A stretch of 42,327 nucleotides of DNA from Candidatus Pacebacteria bacterium CG_4_10_14_0_8_um_filter_42_14 (GCA_002784625.1 PFLP01000053.1:1-42327); one strand, 5' to 3'; numbered from the stretch's first letter, positions 27,501-37,352 are shown. Numbers and translations: made by a program. The notes: a model not told the origin generated them from the letters alone.

Positions 27501-28802
27501 ATGGCATCACAACGAGTAATCACCGCAATCGACATCGGCACTGACAAGTGTGCGACTCTGATATCCACAGTTGATGATAATGGTCAGCTACAAGTTGTTG
27601 GTGTATCAGTGGTTCCTGCCAGGGGCATGAGACGCAGCCAGATCATTGACCTGGAAAAAGTGCTCGAGACCATCACAGAAAGTCTTGATGGAGCTGAGCG
27701 CATGGCTGGTTTTGAAATTCAGTCAGCATACGTTTCTGTAGCTGGCACCCACATCTCGTCCAGAAATTCTAAAGGGGTGGTTGCTGTTGCTTCACCGAAT
27801 CAAGAGATCACTCGCTCCGACGTAACCAGAGTAACCGATGCAGCCCGGGCCGTGTCCATGCCATCAGATCGACAAATTATTCATGTGATTCCCAATGCTT
27901 ATAAAGTCGATTCTCAAGATGGGATCAAGGATCCAGTTGGTATGACGGGAGTTAGACTCGAGTCAGAAGCACACATCATTACGGGCATGAGTACGACTTT
28001 ACTGAATATTGAGAAATGTCTTCAAGATCTCGGTCTCACCGTTGATGGCTTTGTTTTCGCAGGGCTGGCATCATCGATGGTGACTCTATCAGAAACGGAA
28101 AAAGAACTTGGCGTTGCTGTGGTCGACATTGGCGCTGGATCAACTTCGATTTGTGCTTATCTAGAGGGATCTCTAATTTTCTCAGCCTCTGTGCCGATTG
28201 GAGCTCGTCATATTACCCAAGACATTGCTCTTGGTTGTAGAGTCAGTCTTGAGACAGCAGAAAAGATAAAACTCTCACTCGCTAAAGAAGAGAGTCAACT
28301 ATCTAGACCTCACGCTGGAGAATCAAAGGAAGACTTTATTGCTCGCAAGAAAAAAGCTGATCAAATAAAGTTATCTGACTTTGGCGTCGATGACGGCGAG
28401 TCACTTTCACGAAAAACTGTTATCGACGGCATCATGGTTCCTAGAATTCAGGAGATATTTTCTTTGATCAGTGAACAGCTTGATGACGCCAACATCATTT
28501 CCGAGATTCCTGCCGGTGTTGTTGTTACCGGAGGGGGTGCGGATACAGTCAGAATAGTTGAAGTCGGGAAGCAAGAACTGAAACTTTCGGTGCGAGTTGG
28601 TCAACCTGAAGAACTAAAAGGATTGACCAGTGATATTCACAAGCCTTCTTTTGCGACTAGCATTGGGTTGCTTGCTTATGGCAAAGCACATGGCGGCGGG
28701 ACAGCTAAGCGGTCTTTTTCTTTGAATTTTCTCGGTTCAAAGCCAAATTTTTCATCAATTACCAACTGGTTTAAGAAAGTAATAGCATCAGTATTACCGT
28801 AG
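27501..28802 (+). CDS. ftsA: Cell division protein FtsA
   Basis: IDIGT.K, AERMAG, DPVGM.G.RL, VDIGAG, AEKIK, TGGG, C-terminal amphipathic helix. Confidence 0.96.
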   Translation: MASQRVITAIDIGTDKCATLISTVDDNGQLQVVGVSVVPARGMRRSQIIDLEKVLETITESLDGAERMAGFEIQSAYVSVAGTHISSRNSKGVVAVASPNQEITRSDVTRVTDAARAVSMPSDRQIIHVIPNAYKVDSQDGIKDPVGMTGVRLESEAHIITGMSTTLLNIEKCLQDLGLTVDGFVFAGLASSMVTLSETEKELGVAVVDIGAGSTSICAYLEGSLIFSASVPIGARHITQDIALGCRVSLETAEKIKLSLAKEESQLSRPHAGESKEDFIARKKKADQIKLSDFGVDDGESLSRKTVIDGIMVPRIQEIFSLISEQLDDANIISEIPAGVVVTGGGADTVRIVEVGKQELKLSVRVGQPEELKGLTSDIHKPSFATSIGLLAYGKAHGGGTAKRSFSLNFLGSKPNFSSITNWFKKVIASVLP

Positions 28803-28817
28803 AGAACAGAGATCTGG

Positions 28818-28845
28818 TTGATTCTACTTTTAGAAGTGATACACT
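28818..28845 (+). promoter_or_regulatory. Internal ftsZ promoter: -35 TTGATT, 16-nt spacer, extended -10 TGATACACT
   Basis: Located in the 58-nt ftsA-ftsZ gap; ATG 15 nt downstream of the -10, no SD. Confidence 0.6.
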
Positions 28846-28860
28846 GCGAGATATATCGAT

Positions 28861-30144
28861 ATGGCATTAGTTAAACCCTCAAATACAACATTCGCTAAAA
28901 TCAAAGTAATTGGCATCGGTGGAGGTGGCAGCAACGCCGTCAATTCCATGATTAACTCGAAGCAAATTCAAGGCGTTGAGTTCATTGCCATTAACACAGA
29001 TGCGCAAGCATTGTTAACCTCACAAGCAGATACAAAACTTCAAATTGGCTCAAACTTCACCAAGGGTCTTGGTTCTGGTGCCGACCCAGAAGTTGGTAGA
29101 ACCGCAGCCGAAGAGTCATACGAAAAGCTCAAAGATCTTTTATTTGACACCGACATGGTTTTCTTAACTGCTGGTATGGGTGGTGGCACTGGCACTGGCG
29201 CAACTCCCGTCATCGCGGAAATTGCTAAAGAATCTGGAGCCTTAACGGTTGCTGTAGTTACCAAGCCTTTTGCTTTTGAAGGGGTGCGAAGAATGCAAGC
29301 CGCTGTCGAAGGCATTGATCTTCTCAAAAATTCAGTTGACACCCTAATTGTTATTCCTAACCAACGCTTGATGGATGTGGTAGACAGTAAAATGACTCTG
29401 CTAGATGCCTTCAGATTAGCAGATAATGTCTTGGGACAAGGTGTCCAAGGGATTTCCGACTTAATCACGGTCGCGGGCTTAATCAATGTTGACTTTGCCG
29501 ATGTTAAAACCATCATGACCGACTCAGGTTCAGCCCTGATGGGAATTGGTGAAGCCAGCGGTGAAAATAGAGCATCGACCGCAGCTCGTATGGCTGTCGC
29601 CTCTCCACTTCTTGAGGTTTCCATCGATGGTGCTAAAGGAATTCTTTTCAACGTTACCGGCGGTCCTGACATGACCATGACCGAAGTTTCAGATGCATCA
29701 CAGATTATTGCCAACGCTGCCGATCCAGACGCCAACATAATTTTTGGAGCCACAATTGACGAAGAAATGGGCAACAAAATTAAAATTAGTGTTATTGCCA
29801 CAGGGTTTGATGAAGGACAAATGGGTTACAGCCGACCAAATACAGCCATGTTCGGTGCTTACAGTCGACAGTCAGACACTAGGGTAAAACCAAAAACTCA
29901 AGAGGTCGAAGAAGAGCAAGAAATGAAAATCGATCGTGCTCCAAGCGGCTACACTCAGCCTTTAACAACGGGCCAGCTGACTTCACCAAACGCTGACGAA
30001 TCGCCTTTTGTTCATTCTGAGGAGTTTGAAAAAGATTCTTCTGCGCAAACGAGTGCTCCTAAGAAGCGATCAGAAAAGTCTGATTCCGCCGATGAACCAT
30101 TTGGCCAATTCGAGATTCCTGCATTTTTGCGCAGGAAAAAGTAA
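28861..30144 (+). CDS. ftsZ: Cell division protein FtsZ
   Basis: [31 protein letters not shown]-terminal EIPAFLR peptide. Confidence 0.98.
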   Translation: MALVKPSNTTFAKIKVIGIGGGGSNAVNSMINSKQIQGVEFIAINTDAQALLTSQADTKLQIGSNFTKGLGSGADPEVGRTAAEESYEKLKDLLFDTDMVFLTAGMGGGTGTGATPVIAEIAKESGALTVAVVTKPFAFEGVRRMQAAVEGIDLLKNSVDTLIVIPNQRLMDVVDSKMTLLDAFRLADNVLGQGVQGISDLITVAGLINVDFADVKTIMTDSGSALMGIGEASGENRASTAARMAVASPLLEVSIDGAKGILFNVTGGPDMTMTEVSDASQIIANAADPDANIIFGATIDEEMGNKIKISVIATGFDEGQMGYSRPNTAMFGAYSRQSDTRVKPKTQEVEEEQEMKIDRAPSGYTQPLTTGQLTSPNADESPFVHSEEFEKDSSAQTSAPKKRSEKSDSADEPFGQFEIPAFLRRKK

Positions 30145-30193
30145 GTTCCTTCTAAAGGTGTAAGACGGCAGAGATTGAGTTAGAATACAGCTT

Positions 30194-33022
30194 ATGGTAA
30201 AACGCGTTGCATTGTTTCCAGTAGAACTTGATATCCCCGAATTAGAAAAGTTTGTTCTTGAGTTCTGGAAAAAAGACGATACCTTCAAAAAATCAGTAGA
30301 GCAGAGACCTGTGGATAAGCAGTACGTATTTTACGATGGACCTCCATTCGCAACTGGTATGCCCCACGCAGGCCATCTTTTAGGCTCGACTAGTAAAGAT
30401 TTAATTCCCCGTTACTGGACAATGAAGGGTTATAGAGTTGAGAGAATCTGGGGTTGGGATTGCCATGGTTTGCCAATCGAAAATATGATTGAAGGGCAGC
30501 TCAAGCTTAAAGGGGGTAAGAAAGCTATCGAGGAGATGGGTATAGATTTGTTCAACAATGCCTGTCGGTCAGAGATCTTGCGTCTTGATGCTGAGTGGGA
30601 AAAAATCATTAATCGCATTGGTCGCTGGGTAGACTTTGAGAATAACTATAAAACAATGGACACAAGCTATATGGAGTCTGTTTGGTGGGGTTTCCAGCAA
30701 ATGAATGAAAAAGGTCTTGTTTATGAAGGCAAAAAAGTTATTTTATACTGCCCTCGCTGCTCAACACCTCTCTCAAACTTTGAAATCGCTATGGATAATA
30801 GCTACAGTACAGTCACCGACTGGGCTACTACTTATAAATATAAAGTGGTGGGACAAGAGAATATTTATTTATTAGCTTGGTCCACTACCCCTTGGAATAA
30901 ATTAGCGACACCGGCTTTAGCTGTGAATCCCGATCTTCAGTATGTGACTGTGGAACAGGGTGAAGAGAAATATATTTTGGCTGAATCAAGGCTAAGCATG
31001 CTGCGTGAGGAGCCAAAATACAAAATAATTGCAAAGCAGCTTGGCAGCGAGTTAACTAAGCTTTCATTTGAGCCTCACTATGATTTCTATCCTGATCGAG
31101 CTGACGATGAGAGAATTGGTGTTTTAGTGGCTGATGCTTTTGTTACAGACGACGAAGGCACTGGTGTGGTAACTCTGGCAGTCTATGGTGAGGATGACTA
31201 CCGCGTTATGCAAAAAGAGCATATCCAGATTGTTGAACACGTTGATGACGAGGGCAAACTTAAGCCTGAGGTCGAGCCCTGGGCAGGCATGTTTATTCTT
31301 AAAGTAAACGATAAAGTCAATGATGATCTCGAAGCCAGAAATCTTATTTATGCCAATGTGAAACATACCCACTCTGTTGCTGAGTGCTATCGTTGTAAAA
31401 CCAGACTTTACTACGCGCCTCTTCCTGCATGGTTTATTGACATTCAAAAACTGAAGCCCGAGCTCATTGCCGCCAACGAGAATATTTCCTGGTATCCAGA
31501 TCATCTTAAGCATGGTCGCTTTGGTAAAGGACTAGAGACTGCTCCTGACTGGAATATTTCTAGATCAAGATATTGGGGAACTCCAATTCCAATTTGGAGA
31601 TCTGAAGACGGTCAAGACAGAGTCATCGGCTCTATTGAAGAGCTAAAAAAATGGGCTGTTGATCAGGAAGTTGCGGAAAAAGTGACAGATATTCACCGTG
31701 AGAATATTGACTTCATTGAAGTATGGGTAGATGACGCCAAAACTATCGTGGGCAGACGAGTGCCTGAAGTTTTTGATGCTTGGATTGAGTCTGGCTCAAT
31801 GCCTTATGCCTCTAGACACTATCCTTTTGAGAACAAAGAACTTTTTGAAAAGACCTATCCAGCTCAGTTTGTCAGTGAGTATATTGCTCAGACCAGAGCT
31901 TGGTTCTACACCATGCACGTTATTTCTGTGGCAATCTTTGGTGGTAGTGCCGTAGAAAATACCCTTACTACTGGAACGATTATGGCGGCTGATGGTTCCA
32001 AAATGAGTAAGTCAAAAAGAAACTTCACAGATCCGATGGAAATCGTTGAAAAAATGGGAGCGGATAGTTTTAGACTTTATCTAATGAGTTCGCCGGTAAT
32101 GCGATCAGAGAATATTAATTTTAACGAAAAAGAAATTTCCGATATTCGTAAAAAAGTCTTCGTGATTTGGTATAACTGCCTCTCTTTCTATAAGCTGTAC
32201 CGCCCAAATGAGCCACTGGTCTCACTCGTAACCAAGAAACCAAAACATGTACTTGATAGATGGATTCTTAGTCGTGCTCATACTTTAATTAGTGAAATTA
32301 CCGAAGCGCTTGATAATTACGATACAGTCTCATCAAGCAGACAGCTCATGGCGTTTATCACAGAAATCTCCACTTGGTATCTTAGGAGAAGTCGCGATCG
32401 TTTCAGAGTAGATGATAATCAAGAAGGTCTAGATGTTTTTGGTACAGTTTTGGCTTTACTTTCACAGCTTTTTGCTCCAGTAGCTCCGTTCTTCTCAGAG
32501 TTCGTTCATGCCCAAGTTATTGATGCCGATGGAAGCGTGCATCTCACCGATTGGCCTGAAGCTCGTTTAGATCTTCAAGATCTAATGCTTGAATCTGACA
32601 TGACAAATATCAGAGTCATAGTTGAAAAAGTTCATGCAGCTAGAGCTGAAGCGGGCATTAAACTTCGCCAGCCTTTGGCAAAGATCACCGTCACCGCTCC
32701 GTATGCAGAAGCTGATCCAGAAGTCATCCAGGTGCTTCTTGATGAGATTAATGTGAAAGAAGTTGTTTGGAACACTGATGAAAGTGCCGATCTAACTGTT
32801 GAGTTGGATACAGTTTTGACCCCAGATCTAGAAGCAGAAGGTCAAGCCAGAGAGTTAATCCGCAACATTCAGGTCTTAAGAAAACAGTCTGGTTTGGGTC
32901 GAGACGACACGGCAACAGTTTCAGTTCCAAGTATCCCAGAAAAATGGCAAAAAGAAATTGAATCAAAAACAAAAGTTGAATTGGTGTTGGGTGATGAGAT
33001 TGGCTTGATCGCGAAAGAATGA
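30194..33022 (+). CDS. ileS: Isoleucine--tRNA ligase, type 2 (eukaryote/archaea-like)
   Basis: DGPPFATG.PHAGH, GWDCHGLP, DWNISRSRYWGTP, WIESGSMP, KMSKS. Confidence 0.96.
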   Translation: MVKRVALFPVELDIPELEKFVLEFWKKDDTFKKSVEQRPVDKQYVFYDGPPFATGMPHAGHLLGSTSKDLIPRYWTMKGYRVERIWGWDCHGLPIENMIEGQLKLKGGKKAIEEMGIDLFNNACRSEILRLDAEWEKIINRIGRWVDFENNYKTMDTSYMESVWWGFQQMNEKGLVYEGKKVILYCPRCSTPLSNFEIAMDNSYSTVTDWATTYKYKVVGQENIYLLAWSTTPWNKLATPALAVNPDLQYVTVEQGEEKYILAESRLSMLREEPKYKIIAKQLGSELTKLSFEPHYDFYPDRADDERIGVLVADAFVTDDEGTGVVTLAVYGEDDYRVMQKEHIQIVEHVDDEGKLKPEVEPWAGMFILKVNDKVNDDLEARNLIYANVKHTHSVAECYRCKTRLYYAPLPAWFIDIQKLKPELIAANENISWYPDHLKHGRFGKGLETAPDWNISRSRYWGTPIPIWRSEDGQDRVIGSIEELKKWAVDQEVAEKVTDIHRENIDFIEVWVDDAKTIVGRRVPEVFDAWIESGSMPYASRHYPFENKELFEKTYPAQFVSEYIAQTRAWFYTMHVISVAIFGGSAVENTLTTGTIMAADGSKMSKSKRNFTDPMEIVEKMGADSFRLYLMSSPVMRSENINFNEKEISDIRKKVFVIWYNCLSFYKLYRPNEPLVSLVTKKPKHVLDRWILSRAHTLISEITEALDNYDTVSSSRQLMAFITEISTWYLRRSRDRFRVDDNQEGLDVFGTVLALLSQLFAPVAPFFSEFVHAQVIDADGSVHLTDWPEARLDLQDLMLESDMTNIRVIVEKVHAARAEAGIKLRQPLAKITVTAPYAEADPEVIQVLLDEINVKEVVWNTDESADLTVELDTVLTPDLEAEGQARELIRNIQVLRKQSGLGRDDTATVSVPSIPEKWQKEIESKTKVELVLGDEIGLIAKE

Positions 33023-34077
33023 AACAATGGTTTTTACTTGCATTTATTTTGAGCTTTGCTCTTCTTAGTGTTGTTACTTTAACAAGTCTTGATCAAGCAT
33101 TGGCTGCCAGACAGCTTCTATTCTTTTTACTAGGAGTCTTGGTTTTTTTTGGTGTCCAAAGATTGTCTTTTTCACAAATTCTAAGTTTGAGTCCGTGGTT
33201 CTACCTTACGGTTTTCGTTCTTTTAGTTTTGGTGCTCTTCTTGCCAGAGACGAGAGGAACTCATCGCTGGTTGTCGTTTGGAGGTATTTTTGATTTGCAG
33301 CCGTCACAACTAGCAGTTCCAGCAGTTTTACTTTTTACGCTAGAGCTAAAGAGATATATTAAGAAACCTGTTTGGTATTGGTTGGGAACACTTGCGGCAA
33401 TTGCTTTAATTGGCGCTCTTATCTTCTTTGAACCTGACTTAGGAATGTCACTCTTAGTTGGTTTTGTATCGCTAAATTTAATTTGGTTACAGCCACTAAA
33501 GTCAAGGTATGTCGTCTCAGCAGCTATTGTTGGCGCGGTCGTAGTTTTCGTGGCCTGGACATTTCTCCTGCGACCATATCAAAAACTGAGAATTACAAGT
33601 TTTATAAATCCTCAGGAAGTGGAAACGGCAAGTAACTATAATGTCAGACAATCAATTATTGCAGTAGGATCAGGCCAAATACTTGGAAGAGGCATGGAAA
33701 AAGGGGTGCAGTCACAACTTCAATTTCTGCCTGAACAAGAAACAGATTTTATTTTTGCCGCCTTTTCTGAAGAGTTTGGTTGGATTGGCTCCAGCCTAGT
33801 CGTGGTCTTATACGGAATACTGCTTACATATTTATTGCGATTTTCTCGTCGAGTAGAAGGCTCAGAGCAGTTATTTATATCCAGCGTTTTTGCTTACTTT
33901 TTATTCCAAGTCAGTATTAACATAGGTATGAATATTGGTTTGGCTCCAGTTACTGGCATAGCTTTGCCTTTATTCTCGCATGGAGGTAGCTCATTATTGA
34001 CCTCATGCGGCATGCTCGGGATTACTCAAGTTGTCTTTAACGAAACCAGGCAGAAGTCAGCGCTCCATATTGCCTAA
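33019..34077 (+). CDS. rodA: SEDS protein, RodA-like
   Basis: RW, QPSQ, EPDLG, YQK.RI..F, QSIIAVGSG, LPEQETDFIF...EEFG, PVTG..LP..SHGGSS. Confidence 0.85.
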   Translation: MKQWFLLAFILSFALLSVVTLTSLDQALAARQLLFFLLGVLVFFGVQRLSFSQILSLSPWFYLTVFVLLVLVLFLPETRGTHRWLSFGGIFDLQPSQLAVPAVLLFTLELKRYIKKPVWYWLGTLAAIALIGALIFFEPDLGMSLLVGFVSLNLIWLQPLKSRYVVSAAIVGAVVVFVAWTFLLRPYQKLRITSFINPQEVETASNYNVRQSIIAVGSGQILGRGMEKGVQSQLQFLPEQETDFIFAAFSEEFGWIGSSLVVVLYGILLTYLLRFSRRVEGSEQLFISSVFAYFLFQVSINIGMNIGLAPVTGIALPLFSHGGSSLLTSCGMLGITQVVFNETRQKSALHIA

Positions 34078-34083
34078 AAAGCG

Positions 34084-34092
34084 TGATATACT
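34084..34092 (+). promoter_or_regulatory. Extended -10 TGATATACT, 9 nt before rplU ATG
   Basis: TGn+TATACT; spacer ACTCCCCTC contains no SD. Confidence 0.65.
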
Positions 34093-34101
34093 ACTCCCCT
34101 C

Positions 34102-34422
34102 ATGACAGAAGAAACTTACGCAATCATTCAACTTAGTGGAAAACAGTTTTCTGTTAAGCCAGGAGAGACTCTTGTTGTGCCTACCCAAGAGACACCAGCT
34201 GAGGAGTCTTTTGTGATTTCTGATGTCCTGCTACTCAGTAAGGCCGGAAAAGTAACGGTTGGAACTCCACTTGTCTCCAAGTCGAGTGTCACTGCCAAAG
34301 TTTTAGAGCACAGACGCACTAAGAAATTAAGAGTCGCAACCTTTAAATCCAAATCTCGAACACGAAGAGTAAAAGGTCATCGTCAAGGCGAAACTGTCAT
34401 TGAGATAACCGCTATAAAATAA
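34102..34422 (+). CDS. rplU: 50S ribosomal protein bL21
   Basis: YAII...GKQF.V..G, VGTP, GHRQ. Confidence 0.96.
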   Translation: MTEETYAIIQLSGKQFSVKPGETLVVPTQETPAEESFVISDVLLLSKAGKVTVGTPLVSKSSVTAKVLEHRRTKKLRVATFKSKSRTRRVKGHRQGETVIEITAIK

Positions 34423-34437
34423 GTAGCAAACCCAGAA

Positions 34438-35589
34438 ATGAAAAGTTATATATTCCAGCCTGGCACAACGCCACAGCTTTCATTAGTAGAATTAACTGCT
34501 GTCCTTGGTTTAAAGCCAACTCCCCTGACAGAATCTTTTGTTGTGGCTGATCTTGCTGATGATAAATCTCCCACAGATTGCATAGATCAACTCGGGGGAA
34601 CAGTAAAAATATACCAAGAGTTACAAGTTTTTCCTCACGATACTTCTTCCGAGACATTGAAGGAGGCAGTTATCTCAGTCCTGATAGAAACAGCAGCTGG
34701 GAATAAAATTTCATTCTCTCTTTCTGAGATTGGTAGAGATCATCTTGAGCACATTAGTGAAACCGAATTAAAGCACGACCTTCGTCAAGCTGGAGTGCCA
34801 TCAAGATATATTGAGGCCCCACCAGGAGGTTTGTCTGCCGCTGTACTCTTGCACCGAAAAAATTTGATTGAGCTTTCAATTTTGCAAACCAACGACTCAA
34901 TCTATCTGCTTAAATCAGTCTCTGTCCAGAACATAGATGCATGGACTGTGCGAGATAGAGGTAAGCCGTATGCTGACCGAAAGAAGGGCATGTTGCCTCC
35001 AAAAGTAGCTCGAATGATGCTTAATATAAATGCTCAGTACGATACTTCTGAGAATCGCCTGGTCTATGATCCGTTTTGCGGCACTGGCACAGTTTTGATT
35101 GAAAATATGTCACTTGGCTTCAAATCACTTGGTAGCGACATTGACGAAGCGGCTGTTAGAGGAGCGAGAGAGAATATGATTTGGGCAGCAGAGACACTTG
35201 GTGCCGATGAAGTTCCCCAGATATTACTGGCCGACGTCGCTCATGCAGTTCCAACTCTGCCAATTACAGCCATTGTCGCTGAACCATTCTTAGGAAAACC
35301 AAGTCCAAAACCACAGCAAATTGAAAATATCTTCAAAGGACTCGAAAAACTTTATCTAGGAGGCTTTCGACACTGGAGAAGTATTTTGCCAGAAGGCGCA
35401 CCAATCACGATCATTTTCCCAAGAAGTAGGGTCGGCAAAACTGTTCACTCAATGACTCGATTAATTGACAAGCTCGAGGAACTCGGCTACACTACACAGT
35501 CTGAACCACTCGTCTATGCGAGATCGGGCGCAGTAATAGAACGAGAGATTTACACATTTATATATAGGAATAAGCATGTCACACGTTAA
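34438..35589 (+). CDS. Trm11/UPF0020-like SAM-dependent RNA methyltransferase
   Basis: [20 protein letters not shown] (motif I), GSDID, EPFL (motif IV-like); N-terminal region may be THUMP-like. Confidence 0.75.
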   Translation: MKSYIFQPGTTPQLSLVELTAVLGLKPTPLTESFVVADLADDKSPTDCIDQLGGTVKIYQELQVFPHDTSSETLKEAVISVLIETAAGNKISFSLSEIGRDHLEHISETELKHDLRQAGVPSRYIEAPPGGLSAAVLLHRKNLIELSILQTNDSIYLLKSVSVQNIDAWTVRDRGKPYADRKKGMLPPKVARMMLNINAQYDTSENRLVYDPFCGTGTVLIENMSLGFKSLGSDIDEAAVRGARENMIWAAETLGADEVPQILLADVAHAVPTLPITAIVAEPFLGKPSPKPQQIENIFKGLEKLYLGGFRHWRSILPEGAPITIIFPRSRVGKTVHSMTRLIDKLEELGYTTQSEPLVYARSGAVIEREIYTFIYRNKHVTR

Positions 35590-35833
35590 AGCATCTGGAT
35601 CAGTCCGACAACATAAACAGGGTAAAAGACCGGGGAAGCGCCTTGGTGTCAAAAAATTCGGTGGCGAGGTCGTCAACACTGGCTCAATTATCATTCGTCA
35701 ACGTGGTTCGACTTATAAACCAGGTAACAATGTCGGCCAAGGTCGAGATTTCACTTTGTTTTCTCTCATTGATGGCGCAGTTGAGTTTGGTCGTCGCCAC
35801 TCCAAAACTGTTGTCAACGTCTTCGCTAAGTAA
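35576..35833 (+). CDS. rpmA: 50S ribosomal protein bL27 (short form, divergent N-terminus)
   Basis: [29 protein letters not shown]. Confidence 0.96.
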   Translation: MSHVKASGSVRQHKQGKRPGKRLGVKKFGGEVVNTGSIIIRQRGSTYKPGNNVGQGRDFTLFSLIDGAVEFGRRHSKTVVNVFAK

Positions 35834-35839
35834 GCGCGT

Positions 35840-35868
35840 GAAAACTGATGCTGCACCAGCAGGTTTTC
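35840..35868 (+). terminator. Possible hairpin/terminator after rpmA
   Basis: GAAAAC..TGCTG-CAC-CAGCA.GTTTTC imperfect stem; short T tract only. Confidence 0.35.
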
Positions 35869-35886
35869 CTGTGGTATACCTTTGAC

Positions 35887-36714
35887 ATGTCAAAAATGTC
35901 TTCAATCCAACTTCTTCCAATTGATCATTTGGAACCGAATCCTTTTCAGCCTAGAAACAAGCTTTCTGAGGAAGATGTCAGAGAACTGGCGGACTCAATT
36001 TCTCAATACGGAATTCTCGAACCTTTGGTTGTGGCGCATACACCAGCGGGTTACCAAATCATCGCAGGAGAGCGTAGGTGGAGAGCTGCTAGATTAGCGG
36101 GTCTGACTGAGGTTCCCGTCATCATTAAAGAAACTACGCCAAAAGAGATGCTGGAGATGGCTATTATTGAAAACGTTCAGAGAACGGACCTAACAGCTAT
36201 CGAACGCGCCCTGGCTTTTCAACAACTTCAGCGTGAGTTCGGCTTTAGTATTGCTGATGTGGCTAAACGAATTAGCAAGTCTGGCTCATATGTTAGTAAT
36301 ACTTTAAAATTGCTTACTTTGCCTGATGCCATCAAAGATGGCTTGATAAGTGGCTCAATTAGCGAAGGTCACGCCCGTGCTATTTCTGGAATTCCAGACG
36401 AAGCCACTATGGTTGAGGTTTACAAAAGAATCTTGAAAGAAACGGCTTCTGTCCGTAGAGCAGAGGAGCTAGCGAGATTCTATAAGCAGCGCTCAGATGA
36501 GCCAAGATTTAGAGTTGCGCGCCGAGTTTACGAAACAGATACTCGCGAAGTCGAAGCTTGGGAGAGAAAAATTCAAGATATGCTCAAAGCTAGTGCAAAA
36601 TTAAAATTAGTTCGTACCCAACAACAAACAAAAATCAGTATCACTATTAAAGGTGATCCCCATCAAACGCAAAAAGATCTCGAAAAAATAATGTCAGTTA
36701 TTCAAAAAGCGTAA
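35887..36714 (+). CDS. parB: ParB/Spo0J family protein
   Basis: PNPFQPR, GILEP, IAGERRWRAA, IENVQR.DL, HTH, GHARA; ATG 35887 (or 35896) preferred over 35848. Confidence 0.93.
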   Translation: MSKMSSIQLLPIDHLEPNPFQPRNKLSEEDVRELADSISQYGILEPLVVAHTPAGYQIIAGERRWRAARLAGLTEVPVIIKETTPKEMLEMAIIENVQRTDLTAIERALAFQQLQREFGFSIADVAKRISKSGSYVSNTLKLLTLPDAIKDGLISGSISEGHARAISGIPDEATMVEVYKRILKETASVRRAEELARFYKQRSDEPRFRVARRVYETDTREVEAWERKIQDMLKASAKLKLVRTQQQTKISITIKGDPHQTQKDLEKIMSVIQKA

Positions 36715-37289
36715 GTTACTTTTGGTAAAGCGCCGAGTGTAGAAACTGGCCAGTACCTCACAAATGCCCTGCCGACAATGCTTTCGCTTGAGATAGGCCC
36801 CCAAGCTCTAGAGTCGCTGGAATGAGGCCTGTTATCGCCTGAGACGAAGTATTCATCGGGTCCCAGAGTTATAGTTCTATTGTTGGCCGTGAAGTTGCCA
36901 GCATCTGTAACAACGGTATCTGCCAAATATTGAGACTCGTCCACTGGTTGGTTATTAACAAAGATTGTGGAGTCATTTACTCTGACAGTTTCACCTGGTA
37001 AACCAATCACTCGTTTAATAAAATCGCAACCAGTTCCCTCTGGGCAGTTAGCGGCCGGAGGGGCATGAAAAACAACAACATCGCCACGTTGGGGAGTTCC
37101 AACTCTGTAGCTGACCTTATCTGTGAGTAGATAATCTCCAGATTCGAAGTTTGGGAACATGGATTTACCATTCACCTGATGAGGTTGTAGTAAAAATAAG
37201 TAGACGACTAAAAATAGTGATAGGCCAATTACAATCGTTTCGATGAAATCGAGAACTAGGGTAGAGAAGGATTTTAGGATAACTAACAT
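36702..37289 (-). CDS. lepB: Signal peptidase I
   Basis: G.SM.P (Ser), DFIKRVIGLPGE (Lys), GDNR..S.DSR.WG; start could be 37289, 37301 or 37310. Confidence 0.95.
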   Translation of the reverse strand: MLVILKSFSTLVLDFIETIVIGLSLFLVVYLFLLQPHQVNGKSMFPNFESGDYLLTDKVSYRVGTPQRGDVVVFHAPPAANCPEGTGCDFIKRVIGLPGETVRVNDSTIFVNNQPVDESQYLADTVVTDAGNFTANNRTITLGPDEYFVSGDNRPHSSDSRAWGPISSESIVGRAFVRYWPVSTLGALPKVTYAF

Positions 37290-37352
37290 GAACTTGGCCA
37301 TTATCACCATTCACCGCTGGAGTTTCAAGGACTAAATAGGGATAATGCATTC

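Noticed and set aside
28403-28418. ACTTTCACGAAAAACT in ftsA resembling parS
   Set aside because: Five mismatches to the 16-bp consensus and explained by coding sequence
29040-29801. 253-aa antisense ORF opposite ftsZ
   Set aside because: Lies wholly within the conserved ftsZ core in the codon-mirrored frame; typical shadow ORF with no recognisable motifs
30145-30193. T-box leader for ileS (also checked for glyQS)
   Set aside because: Intergenic gaps of 49 and 24 nt are far too short and lack the T-box motif
35834-35846. CGTGAAAAC upstream of parB as a parS site
   Set aside because: Only a half-site; no palindromic left arm
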